Shown here piece by piece: positions 28,407 to 36,752 of a stretch of 64,000 nucleotides of DNA. The notes beneath the pieces were generated by a model. It did no database searches, had not been told where the DNA came from, and saw only the letters and a list, made by a program, of their open reading frames with translations. Made by a program: the position numbers and the translations under genes. Position 1 is the first letter of the stretch; every line of letters starts with the position of its first letter. Origin of the DNA: Acidimicrobiales bacterium (GTDB taxonomy: Bacteria; Actinomycetota; Acidimicrobiia; Acidimicrobiales; SZUA-35); assembly GCA_050633745.1 (NCBI GenBank), contig JBOEHD010000063.1, forward strand, positions 48,346 to 112,345, in the 5' to 3' direction.

Positions 28407-29504
28407 CTAGGTCCTGGCCGTCGCCGCGGCACGGGCCCGACGGCGATCTCGAATGAACATGACCGCTGGCGGCAACAGCAGCGCCAAAACCAACAGCCCC
28501 TGAATGACATCGGTTATGCGGCCCTCGACACCGGTGCTGCCGACAAAGCTTGAGCCGGTGCGCAGCCCGGCGAACACGAATGCCACAGGGATGGCCACTG
28601 CGGCCTTTTCCCTGGCCACCAAGGCAACCAGCAGACCGGTCCAACCGATGTTGTTGCTGAACCCGGGGACCAGTTGGTAGTTGCCGAAGGCGAACCCGCC
28701 ACCAGCCAGCATCGCCGCTCCGGCAAAGCCAGCGAAGGCCCCGCCGAGCAGGAGCGCCCCTGCTCCGTATCGGTTGACGTCGACCCCTGCTCGCTGGGCG
28801 GTGCGCTGGTTTCGTCCCAGCATGCGCAGCCGGAAGCCACACACCGTTCTGGCCAAGGCGAAGGCCACCACGCCAGCCAGCAAGATGGCAATGAAGACCG
28901 TGATGGGAAACTCATTGCCCATGATCTCCGGGCGGGGCAGTCGATTGTCCTCAGCCAGCTGCTCACTGACCTGGTTGCGATTGCCACGGTCGGCTGCGGG
29001 GGCCAGCAGCAGCCAATCCCAGCGCAAGCCGTAGGCAACCGCCTGGCCTGCGACGGTCACCAGCAGCAGGGTCGAAAGTACTTCTGGCACGCCTCGCCAG
29101 AATCGGAGCAGCGCCGCCACCCCGGCCCACAGCGCGCCGCCAAGGGCACCGAAGAACAGCAGGAGCACCACGTTCAGTGGCCCCGGTCCGCCGATCAGGA
29201 AAGAAAAGTAGGTTGCCATGGCCGCTCCGATGAGCAGCTGACCTTCTTGACCGATGTTGACCAGGCCCGCCTTGGCCGAGATGATCGTGCCAAGCGCAAC
29301 CAACAGCAGTGGAGCGGCGGCGCCAAGGGTCTCGCCCCAGCGGCCGGGGCGGCGCAGGCTGCCGTCGAGCAACGCGCTGAGAACTGGGCGCCAGCTGCCG
29401 CCGGTCGCTTCGACCAGGAGCATCGACAGCGTGAGCGCCACGGTGACGCTGAGGACGTAGAGCATGATCCACTCGCCGACTCGTACCTGACGTCCAGCGG
29501 TCAC
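28407..29504 (-). CDS. ABC transporter permease (first permease)
   Basis: Hydrophobic from MLYVLSVTVALTLSMLL onward. The first ~100 aa of the track ORF (to 29813) are Arg-rich and overlap the ATPase gene, so I reject them. Likely start is the GTG at 29504 (a GTGA overlap with the ATPase stop) or the ATG at 29465. Confidence 0.85.
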   Translation of the reverse strand: MTAGRQVRVGEWIMLYVLSVTVALTLSMLLVEATGGSWRPVLSALLDGSLRRPGRWGETLGAAAPLLLVALGTIISAKAGLVNIGQEGQLLIGAAMATYFSFLIGGPGPLNVVLLLFFGALGGALWAGVAALLRFWRGVPEVLSTLLLVTVAGQAVAYGLRWDWLLLAPAADRGNRNQVSEQLAEDNRLPRPEIMGNEFPITVFIAILLAGVVAFALARTVCGFRLRMLGRNQRTAQRAGVDVNRYGAGALLLGGAFAGFAGAAMLAGGGFAFGNYQLVPGFSNNIGWTGLLVALVAREKAAVAIPVAFVFAGLRTGSSFVGSTGVEGRITDVIQGLLVLALLLPPAVMFIRDRRRARAAATART

Positions 29505-31177
29505 GATGTCGCCCCGCCCATCAGCATGCCGATTCTGTCGAGATCGGCTTCGGCCCGGCTCATTTCGCCGACGCTGCGCCCGGCGTGCATAACCACAATG
29601 CGGTGCGCCAAGTCCATCACTTCTTCGAGCTCGCTTGAGATCAACAGCACCGCCACGCCATCGGCGGCGGCTCGGCGAAGCTGGTCTGTCATGTATTCGA
29701 TCGCGCCAACGTCGAGGCCTCGAGTCGGTTGAGCAGCCACCAGCACCGCCGGGGAATGCGACAGCTCCCGAGCCAAAACGACTCGCTGCTGATTGCCGCC
29801 CGAGAGCGACCACAGCGGAGCGTCGGGGCCAGCGCAGGCTATGTCGAACTTCTCGATCATTTCCTCGGCGAAGGCCTGCAGACGTTTGCTGTCGAGCACG
29901 CCGTTCTTGGCGAAACGTTCGGGGTTTACCAGCACAAGGTTCTCGGCGACGGTCATGTCGAGCACAACGCCAGAATCGTGGCGGTCTTCGGGAATCACCG
30001 ATATGCCGGCTGCAGCCATCGCCCCGGAGCGACCGGTCTTTACAACCGTGTCGTTTACCTGCACCGAACCGGATTCAAGACCGACCAGGCTGGAGAGCAG
30101 ATCGCCCAGGGTGCGCTGACCGTTGCCCTCGACCCCGGCGATACCGACGATTTCACCGGCCCCGACCTGGAGCGATAGCCCATCGAGCAGCGTGACACCA
30201 CCGGGACCACGGGCTGTCACATCGTCAATACGTAGTACCGGTTCGCTACGCAGCACCGGCGCAGTGCTAACTCCGGCTTCTGTTCCCGCCTCCGTTTCCG
30301 ACTCGGACTCAAGCTCCGAAGCGGATTCGGTTTCGGCAACCGGCTCGGCTTCGGAGCCTCCGTTTGTGGCAACGTCGCTCAGCAGACCGAAGGCGGCCCG
30401 TTCGGAGCGCAACGAGACGTCGCGCCCGACCATGCCCCGGGCCAGGGTGCGGGCGTCGGTCTCGTTGGTGTCCATGCGATCGACGACGGCGCCACGGCGC
30501 ATGATCGTGACCTCATCGGTTGAAGCAAGGATCTCGTCGAGCTTGTGGCTTACCAGCACGACGGCCCGCCCCTCGGCGGCCACCACGTGACGCAGCGAGA
30601 TGAACAACTGCTCGGACTCGTCGGGGGTGAGCACCGAGGTCGGCTCATCGAACACCACGATGTTTGGGTTGCGACGCAGGCACTTGATAATCTCGACCCG
30701 CTGCCGCAGCCCGGCGGTCAGGTCTCCAACCCTGGCATCGGGTTCGATGGCCAGGCCGTACTCGTCGGAAATGTCGCCGATGCGGTTACGGACCGCCGCC
30801 GGATCGAGGCGACCCGCTTCGCCCAGCGCCACGTTTTCCCACACCGTCAGCGCTTCGACCAGGCTGAAGTGCTGGTGGACCATGGCGATGCCGAGCGATG
30901 AGGCGTCGAGCGGATCCTGGATCACGCTCTCCTTGCCGTCGACCCTGATCTGTCCGCTGTCCGGCAGGACCAGGCCGATGAGAATCTTCATCAACGTGGA
31001 CTTGCCAGCACCGTTCTCACCCAGGATGCCGTGGATACGGCTCCGCTTAAGCGCGAGGTCGACGTCATCGCAGGCGACGACCGCTCCAAAACGTTTTGTG
31101 ATCCCGAGCAGCTCAACCGCGGGGACCGAAGCTTCTGTAGCTTCGGTCCCCGTGGTGCTGGAGCTATTACCTGTCAC
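29501..31177 (-). CDS. ABC transporter ATP-binding protein with duplicated NBDs and an acidic inter-domain insert
   Basis: Walker A GENGAGKST, signature LSGGNQQRV / AGLRQRVEI, and Walker B VVFDEPT and LLDEP-type motifs, each present twice. The linker contains SEAEPVAETESASELESESETEAGTEAG. Confidence 0.95.
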   Translation of the reverse strand: MTGNSSSTTGTEATEASVPAVELLGITKRFGAVVACDDVDLALKRSRIHGILGENGAGKSTLMKILIGLVLPDSGQIRVDGKESVIQDPLDASSLGIAMVHQHFSLVEALTVWENVALGEAGRLDPAAVRNRIGDISDEYGLAIEPDARVGDLTAGLRQRVEIIKCLRRNPNIVVFDEPTSVLTPDESEQLFISLRHVVAAEGRAVVLVSHKLDEILASTDEVTIMRRGAVVDRMDTNETDARTLARGMVGRDVSLRSERAAFGLLSDVATNGGSEAEPVAETESASELESESETEAGTEAGVSTAPVLRSEPVLRIDDVTARGPGGVTLLDGLSLQVGAGEIVGIAGVEGNGQRTLGDLLSSLVGLESGSVQVNDTVVKTGRSGAMAAAGISVIPEDRHDSGVVLDMTVAENLVLVNPERFAKNGVLDSKRLQAFAEEMIEKFDIACAGPDAPLWSLSGGNQQRVVLARELSHSPAVLVAAQPTRGLDVGAIEYMTDQLRRAAADGVAVLLISSELEEVMDLAHRIVVMHAGRSVGEMSRAEADLDRIGMLMGGATS

Positions 31178-32367
31178 CCGCCGCTGTACGCCGCACCGGA
31201 GATGCCACCAAGCACGCCGAGTAGCTCACCATCGGTAGTCACCGCGGTGAAGGCGTCGCTTACCAACGCGTTAGAGTCGCCGGCTGCCGAGCAGAGCACG
31301 GCGCCGTTGAGTCCGGCCTCGGTTGGGAACTGGTAGGTCGAACCTTCGGCCAGGTCACCGGCGACGATCAGGCGCAAGGCCTGCGATGCGTAGATGCCAC
31401 CGTCGAACACGATGGTGCCGGTCCAGTTGATGCCATCATCCCGCTCGCAGATGTCGGCCGGCCCTGCGGCGAATACCGCCATACCCTCATCGGTTGCCAA
31501 CTGGCCAACGGGCTCGAGGGCCCCGCCGAGGTAGGCGTAGGCCAGCGTCGAGCCGTTGGCCTTTGCGTTGGTCAGCGCCGCGGTGGCGTTGCCGGAGTTG
31601 TCGAAGTCGAACTGGAAGTCGCCGGTACCGACGTACTCCATCACGAACGACGGGTCGACCGACTGCATACCGGCCACGGTGGCATCGTAAGCCTCGACCT
31701 CAAACGGGAGGTCGCAGCAGCCGAGCCATACGGCCTGGGTGCTTCCCTGTTCCTGCAGCACCGCGCCCATGGCTACACCAGCGGTGTAGTGGATGGCTGC
31801 GCCCCAGTCGGTGGCCTGAGCCAAACCGGGCAGCTCGGTGAAACCGGCTCCGCAGTTGCAGTACCAGAAGATGTCTGGGAACTGCTCGGTGAGGTCGGCT
31901 AGCGGCTCGGCGATTTCGCTGGCACCGACCATCATGATGTCGACACCCTGCTGGGCGAGGTCGGCCATGGCCTGCGCCGCTTCGGCGCTGCCGATGTTGT
32001 CGCTCACGATCGGCGGCGCGAAGCCGTTCTCAACCGAGAATGTTTCGGCGAAGTCGACCAGTGACTGGTAGTAGCCGTTGTCATCACGGGGCCCGGCGGC
32101 AGCGACGCCGATGGTGACCGTTCCATCGCCGTTTGCGTCAAACGCGGTGACCAGTTCGTCGGTCTCCGGCTCTTCTTCGGGAACCTCGGCCTGTTCTTCC
32201 TCGGTGTCCGGCTCATCGACCGTTTCGGTCGACTCCTCGGTTCCGGTGTCCGCTTCGTCGTTAGACGCTTCGGGCTCATCGCTACCGCAGGCGGCGACGA
32301 ACATTGCCAATACCGCGAGCAGTGCGACTAAACGCACCCCTCTGGCCTTAGGGAACTGTGACGACAT
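31174..32367 (-). CDS. BMP-family (Med/PnrA-like) ABC substrate-binding lipoprotein
   Basis: Lipobox LAMFVAACGS, a ~50 aa acidic linker, then BMP-type segments (TIGVAAAGPRDDNGYYQSLVDFAE). Confidence 0.85.
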   Translation of the reverse strand: MSSQFPKARGVRLVALLAVLAMFVAACGSDEPEASNDEADTGTEESTETVDEPDTEEEQAEVPEEEPETDELVTAFDANGDGTVTIGVAAAGPRDDNGYYQSLVDFAETFSVENGFAPPIVSDNIGSAEAAQAMADLAQQGVDIMMVGASEIAEPLADLTEQFPDIFWYCNCGAGFTELPGLAQATDWGAAIHYTAGVAMGAVLQEQGSTQAVWLGCCDLPFEVEAYDATVAGMQSVDPSFVMEYVGTGDFQFDFDNSGNATAALTNAKANGSTLAYAYLGGALEPVGQLATDEGMAVFAAGPADICERDDGINWTGTIVFDGGIYASQALRLIVAGDLAEGSTYQFPTEAGLNGAVLCSAAGDSNALVSDAFTAVTTDGELLGVLGGISGAAYSGG

Positions 32368-32403
32368 TTTCTCTCCTCTTCCTAACCTCTTTGTGAGGAC
32401 TGC

Positions 32404-33588
32404 TTATCGTTTAGCTGTGTCGGCTGTGGCCCACGCAGCTTGGTAGCGCGAAACGAGCCACCGATTGAACTGAATATGGCTTTCTTCCTGCCACGAGTAC
32501 CGCCCTCGTGGGGCGAAGCGGGACCGCAAACCACGCTGCACCTTGGTTGTGGCGTCCTGGTCCTGTTCGACGAAGACCTGCACGCCGGCATCCGATAGTG
32601 CCATCTTCTGTTCGAACAGCGGGTCTTCTAGTGCCGACGGGTGAAAAATGTAGCCGATCTCAACGTCGATCGTTTCGGGGCCGGTCGGACGTACCAGGAA
32701 GAAAAAGCACTGATCGGGGGCGGTGCCGAAGCACAGCGTCGGCGGGACGAGGGCGAAGGTCGAGCGGGTCCGCTCTTCTTCGGTGAGATCGGGAAAGACG
32801 TCCATGATGACCCGGTGGGTGGCATTAAAGCCACCGTCGATGTGGGTGTAGCCAGCAGTGCGAAAGATCACATTCGAATCGTCGGACCACGGCACCGGGA
32901 ACGCCGACATGCTCGACGGGCAGAAATCCTGCACGAACTGATGCAACCGGTTGGCGTGATAGCCGTCGTTGAAATTTTCGAACATCACCTTCCAGTTCCA
33001 CTCCATACCTTCGAGCGTGAATGTGCCAGGACAAACAGCGTTTTCGAGGTCGTAGTTGTTAAGGAACGATGAATAGCGATCCAGGGTCGGGGCCAGCGGG
33101 GCGGCGTCAGGATCGAAGTTCACAAAGATGAAGCCCAGCCACTCCTCGACCTTCAGTTGCGGCAGAGCAAAGGCACCCTTGTCGAAATCGATGGTCTTCT
33201 CCATGGCCGGCGCGCCGAGCAGGCGACCGTCGAGGCCATAGTTCCAGTGGTGATAGGGGCACTTGAAGGTGCTGCTGTTGCCTTCGCCCTCGCAGACCTG
33301 CATCGCCCGATGCTGGCAGACCGACGACATGGCCCGGACCTCGCCCGCCTTATCGCGAGCCACCACGATGGGTTCATCGACCAGGGTGACGGTGAACCAG
33401 TCCCCGACCTCGGGGATACGTTCGGCCCGGCCGACACAGAGCCATTCCTTCATGAACAGTGCTTCCGCCTCGAAGGCCAGCACCTCGGGCGAGGTGTAGA
33501 GCTCGCTCGGCAAGGTTACAGCGGTGCCAACATCGGTGATTGATGCGTCGAGGCCCGCCATCAGTTCGTCGGTCAGGATGTGGTTCAT
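32404..33588 (-). CDS. Rieske [2Fe-2S] non-heme-iron oxygenase, alpha-subunit type
   Basis: Rieske CQHRAMQV...CPYHHWNY. Mononuclear iron motif ENFNDGYHANRLH. Confidence 0.9.
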   Translation of the reverse strand: MNHILTDELMAGLDASITDVGTAVTLPSELYTSPEVLAFEAEALFMKEWLCVGRAERIPEVGDWFTVTLVDEPIVVARDKAGEVRAMSSVCQHRAMQVCEGEGNSSTFKCPYHHWNYGLDGRLLGAPAMEKTIDFDKGAFALPQLKVEEWLGFIFVNFDPDAAPLAPTLDRYSSFLNNYDLENAVCPGTFTLEGMEWNWKVMFENFNDGYHANRLHQFVQDFCPSSMSAFPVPWSDDSNVIFRTAGYTHIDGGFNATHRVIMDVFPDLTEEERTRSTFALVPPTLCFGTAPDQCFFFLVRPTGPETIDVEIGYIFHPSALEDPLFEQKMALSDAGVQVFVEQDQDATTKVQRGLRSRFAPRGRYSWQEESHIQFNRWLVSRYQAAWATADTAKR

Positions 33589-35159
33589 GGTTGATCGCTC
33601 GCTTGTTGCAGAAGGAATTTGCGGATCTTGCCCACGCTGGTCCGGGGCAGCTCTTCCAGGAAGGTGATGTCGCGGGGTTGTTTTGCTTTGGCTAGTCGCT
33701 CGTCACACCAGGCCATCAGGTCCTCGACCGTGGGCGGCGACTCTGGGTCAAGCGCTACGACAAACGCCACGGGGACTTCATCGCGTATCGGGTCGGGGGC
33801 GCCGACGACCGAAGCTTCGAGCACCGCGGGATGTTCGGTCAGCACCGATTCGACCTCGACGATAGAGACGTTCTCACCGGAGACCTTCAGCACGTCGGAG
33901 CGACGCCCATCGAAGAAGAATCGGCCGTCGGCGTCGACGATGGCACGGTCACCGGTGCGGAACCATGGGCCTCGAAAGCTCGCCGCGGTGGTCTCCGGGT
34001 CGGACAGGTACTCCTGGAAGAGGCTGATCCCCCGCTCCCCCCGAACCACCACTTCGCCGACCTGACCAACAGCGACCGGATGTCCGTCGGCGTCGTGAAG
34101 CTCGACCTCGCAGCCCTTGGTGACGAAACCCATCGAGTCCGGGCGAGGCTCGGTGGCGTCGTTGGTTAGGACCGCGGGGATCGTCTCGGTCATGCCGTAG
34201 AGCTGACGGGGACGGCAGCCAAACCACTCAGACAGGGTCTCGTACTGATCGTCGGCCAGGTTCTGGGCGAACCAGCAGTGACGCAGCGCGGCGCCCGGAA
34301 CCGGTCCACCGCGAGCCAGGATCATGCGCATCGGTGCGGCGAAGAGGCTGGCGCAGGTGGCCTCGTGGCGGGCCACCTGTTCAAGAAACCCGCTGGCGGA
34401 GAAGGTGTGGATCAGAGCGACCGAAGCCCCGACCGAGATGGCGGATGCGAACGAGTAGTACTGGGCGTTGGCGTGGAACAGCGGCAGCACCACCAGCTGG
34501 CGGTCCTGCGCTGTGAGCTGCGCCGCCTCGGCCATGGTCTTGCCGACAAAGGCGTAGTTGGCCTGGGTGATCACCACGCCCTTCGGCCGACCGGTGGTAC
34601 CGCTGGTGAACATCACCGCCGCGGTGTCGGTCGGCGCCGGTTCGGGCCAATTGGTGAACCCCGTATCGAAGCTGGAATCCGAGCCCGAGTCCGAATTGGA
34701 GTTGGAGTCGGAGTCGGAGTTAGAGAACGGGGCAAAGCTGGCGTCTGCCTCGTCGATCTCGATAACCACAAGGTCGGCGGGGGCTGCGGCCCGGTAGGTC
34801 TCGCGGCGGGTGGCGGCGCAGAAGCCGACAACCGGTGCGGTGCGCTCTAGATGATCGACCAGTTCAGCGGTTCGAGCCATCGGATCGCTCGGCACGATCC
34901 AAGCACCGAGTCGCGCCGCGGCGATCCACACCGCGATGAAGGTCGGGCAGTTGGTTAACGCCAGATGCACGGCGTTGCCGGGCTTGACCGAGTTGGCCGT
35001 CAGCAGCGCGGCCACCGCCGCTACTCGATGGTCGAACTCGCTATAGGTCCACTGCGTGACGCTGCCGTCGGGGCCCTCGAACCGAAGAAACACCGCGTCA
35101 GAGTGAGCGTCGACGCTGTCAGCCCATAGCTGGGCAAAGGTTGTGACCTCGTCGTTCAT
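33585..35159 (-). CDS. AMP-dependent synthetase/ligase (acyl/aryl-CoA ligase, ANL superfamily)
   Basis: MFTSGTTGRPKGV, YGMTE, FRTGDRA..DADG and PRTSVGKIRK. An unusual SNSDSDSNSNSDSGSDSS insert precedes the P-loop. Confidence 0.9.
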   Translation of the reverse strand: MNDEVTTFAQLWADSVDAHSDAVFLRFEGPDGSVTQWTYSEFDHRVAAVAALLTANSVKPGNAVHLALTNCPTFIAVWIAAARLGAWIVPSDPMARTAELVDHLERTAPVVGFCAATRRETYRAAAPADLVVIEIDEADASFAPFSNSDSDSNSNSDSGSDSSFDTGFTNWPEPAPTDTAAVMFTSGTTGRPKGVVITQANYAFVGKTMAEAAQLTAQDRQLVVLPLFHANAQYYSFASAISVGASVALIHTFSASGFLEQVARHEATCASLFAAPMRMILARGGPVPGAALRHCWFAQNLADDQYETLSEWFGCRPRQLYGMTETIPAVLTNDATEPRPDSMGFVTKGCEVELHDADGHPVAVGQVGEVVVRGERGISLFQEYLSDPETTAASFRGPWFRTGDRAIVDADGRFFFDGRRSDVLKVSGENVSIVEVESVLTEHPAVLEASVVGAPDPIRDEVPVAFVVALDPESPPTVEDLMAWCDERLAKAKQPRDITFLEELPRTSVGKIRKFLLQQASDQP

Positions 35160-35165
35160 CGTCGT

Positions 35166-36752
35166 TTACTCGGGTGTGCCGTAGCCGCCGCCGCCGGGCA
35201 GCTCCAGCCGAACAACATCTTCGCCGGCAAGGCTAATCCTGGCCTGTGTCTCGACCGACTCGCCGTTGACTTTGAATGAGCCGGCTGCTCCGGCTTCGCC
35301 GCCAAACAGGCCCAGGGGCGGGGCCGAAAGGCGGCTGGTCACCGCGTTGAGCTGCCATGCTTTGTCGGTTGCCACGCTGAACTCGATGGTTTGCCCTAGG
35401 CCGCCCGGCTGGGCACCGGAGCCGCCCGAACCGGGCCGCAGCGACTTCTCACGGAACCGGATGGGGGCCGACGCCTCGACCACCTCGATCGGCACCGCCG
35501 ACACCCCGGTGGGGTAGGAGCAGGCGTTGAGCCCGGGCTTTGAGGAACGGGCGCCAACCCCACCGGCGTAGGTGAACATGGCGGTGATGAACGGGCTGCC
35601 ATCAGGATGGTTGCCATTAACCTGCATCGTCCACACCGCACCGGCGCCTTCGGCCATCGCCGCCTCCGGTCGAACCTGAGCCAGTGCCTTGAGCAGCGCG
35701 TTTGGCAGGAACATGCCGACGACGTGGCGGGCGGTTCCCGGCTGAGGGCTGACCGCATTCACAATCGAACCCTCGGGGGCCTTCACCAGGATCGGAGCCA
35801 GGCTGCCGTGGTTGTTTGGAATGTCGGGGTTCAGTACCGAACGCACGGTGAAGGTGGTGTAGGCGTGGGTGTAGTTCATCACCACGTTGATGCCCCACGG
35901 CGAGGCCTCGGAGGTGCCTTCGTAGTCGACGGTTATCTCGCCTGCGTCTGCATCGACCTGCAGTGAGCAGACGATGTCGATGGTGCTGCCGTCGGCCAGG
36001 TCGAGCACTGCGCTGGCGTCGTATGTGCCGCTCGGCAGTTCCCGAATGCTCTCACGAGTGGCCGCTTCGGAGCGGGTGATGATCTCGTCGGCCAGGCTCT
36101 CGATGTCTTGCAGATCGTGGGCGTCGCACAGGGTCGACAGTCGCTGGGCGCCGACCTCTCCCGATGCCATCTGGGCGTGGAGGTCACCGGCCATGTGATC
36201 GGGCTGACGCACGTTCGACATGATGAACTTCCACACGTCGTCGTTTCGTTCGCCGCGCTTCATCAGCTTGCAGATCGGGATCCACAGGCCTTCCTCGAAT
36301 ACGTCGCGCCCGCCAGCGCCGATGCCGTAGCCGCCGACGTCGGTGTGGTGAATGGTCGAGCCGAACAGGGCGATGACCTTGCCGTTGCGCCACGCCGGAA
36401 CCAGCACGGTCACGTCGAGCAACTGACCGGCGGTCTTGTACGGATCGTTGGTGATCAGAATGTCGCCCGGCTCGAGCGTGTCGACCGGATACTCATCGAG
36501 CATCTTCGATGCCCCGATGGCCAGGCTGTTGATGTGCCCGGGGGTTCCGGTTACCGCCTGAGCCACCATGCGGCCACGGCGATCGAATACCGCGTTTGCC
36601 AGGTCGCCGGCTTCTCGCACGATCGGTGAGAACGCCGAACGCTGTAGCGCCCTGGCCTGCTCATTGACCGTTGAGATCAGCGACTGCCAGAGAATCTCCA
36701 GCTCGATCGGATCGAACGGGGACGACGCGGGGCGGTCTTCGATGATGGTCAT
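35166..36752 (-). CDS. hyuB: Hydantoinase B / oxoprolinase family protein
   Basis: N-terminal DPIELEILWQSLISTVNEQARALQRSAFSPIVREAGDLANAVFD, typical of Hydantoinase_B. The ATG at 36752 overlaps the hyuA stop (ATGA). I reject the track start at 36809. Confidence 0.9.
   Translation of the reverse strand: MTIIEDRPASSPFDPIELEILWQSLISTVNEQARALQRSAFSPIVREAGDLANAVFDRRGRMVAQAVTGTPGHINSLAIGASKMLDEYPVDTLEPGDILITNDPYKTAGQLLDVTVLVPAWRNGKVIALFGSTIHHTDVGGYGIGAGGRDVFEEGLWIPICKLMKRGERNDDVWKFIMSNVRQPDHMAGDLHAQMASGEVGAQRLSTLCDAHDLQDIESLADEIITRSEAATRESIRELPSGTYDASAVLDLADGSTIDIVCSLQVDADAGEITVDYEGTSEASPWGINVVMNYTHAYTTFTVRSVLNPDIPNNHGSLAPILVKAPEGSIVNAVSPQPGTARHVVGMFLPNALLKALAQVRPEAAMAEGAGAVWTMQVNGNHPDGSPFITAMFTYAGGVGARSSKPGLNACSYPTGVSAVPIEVVEASAPIRFREKSLRPGSGGSGAQPGGLGQTIEFSVATDKAWQLNAVTSRLSAPPLGLFGGEAGAAGSFKVNGESVETQARISLAGEDVVRLELPGGGGYGTPE

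Noticed and set aside
28674-29732. 352-aa plus-strand ORF, and the Arg-rich N-terminal 100-116 codons of track ORF 28407-29813
   Set aside because: The plus-strand ORF is antisense to the permease. The permease's N-terminal extension overlaps the ATPase gene and is non-hydrophobic. A GTGA-coupled start at 29504, or the ATG at 29465, fits better.
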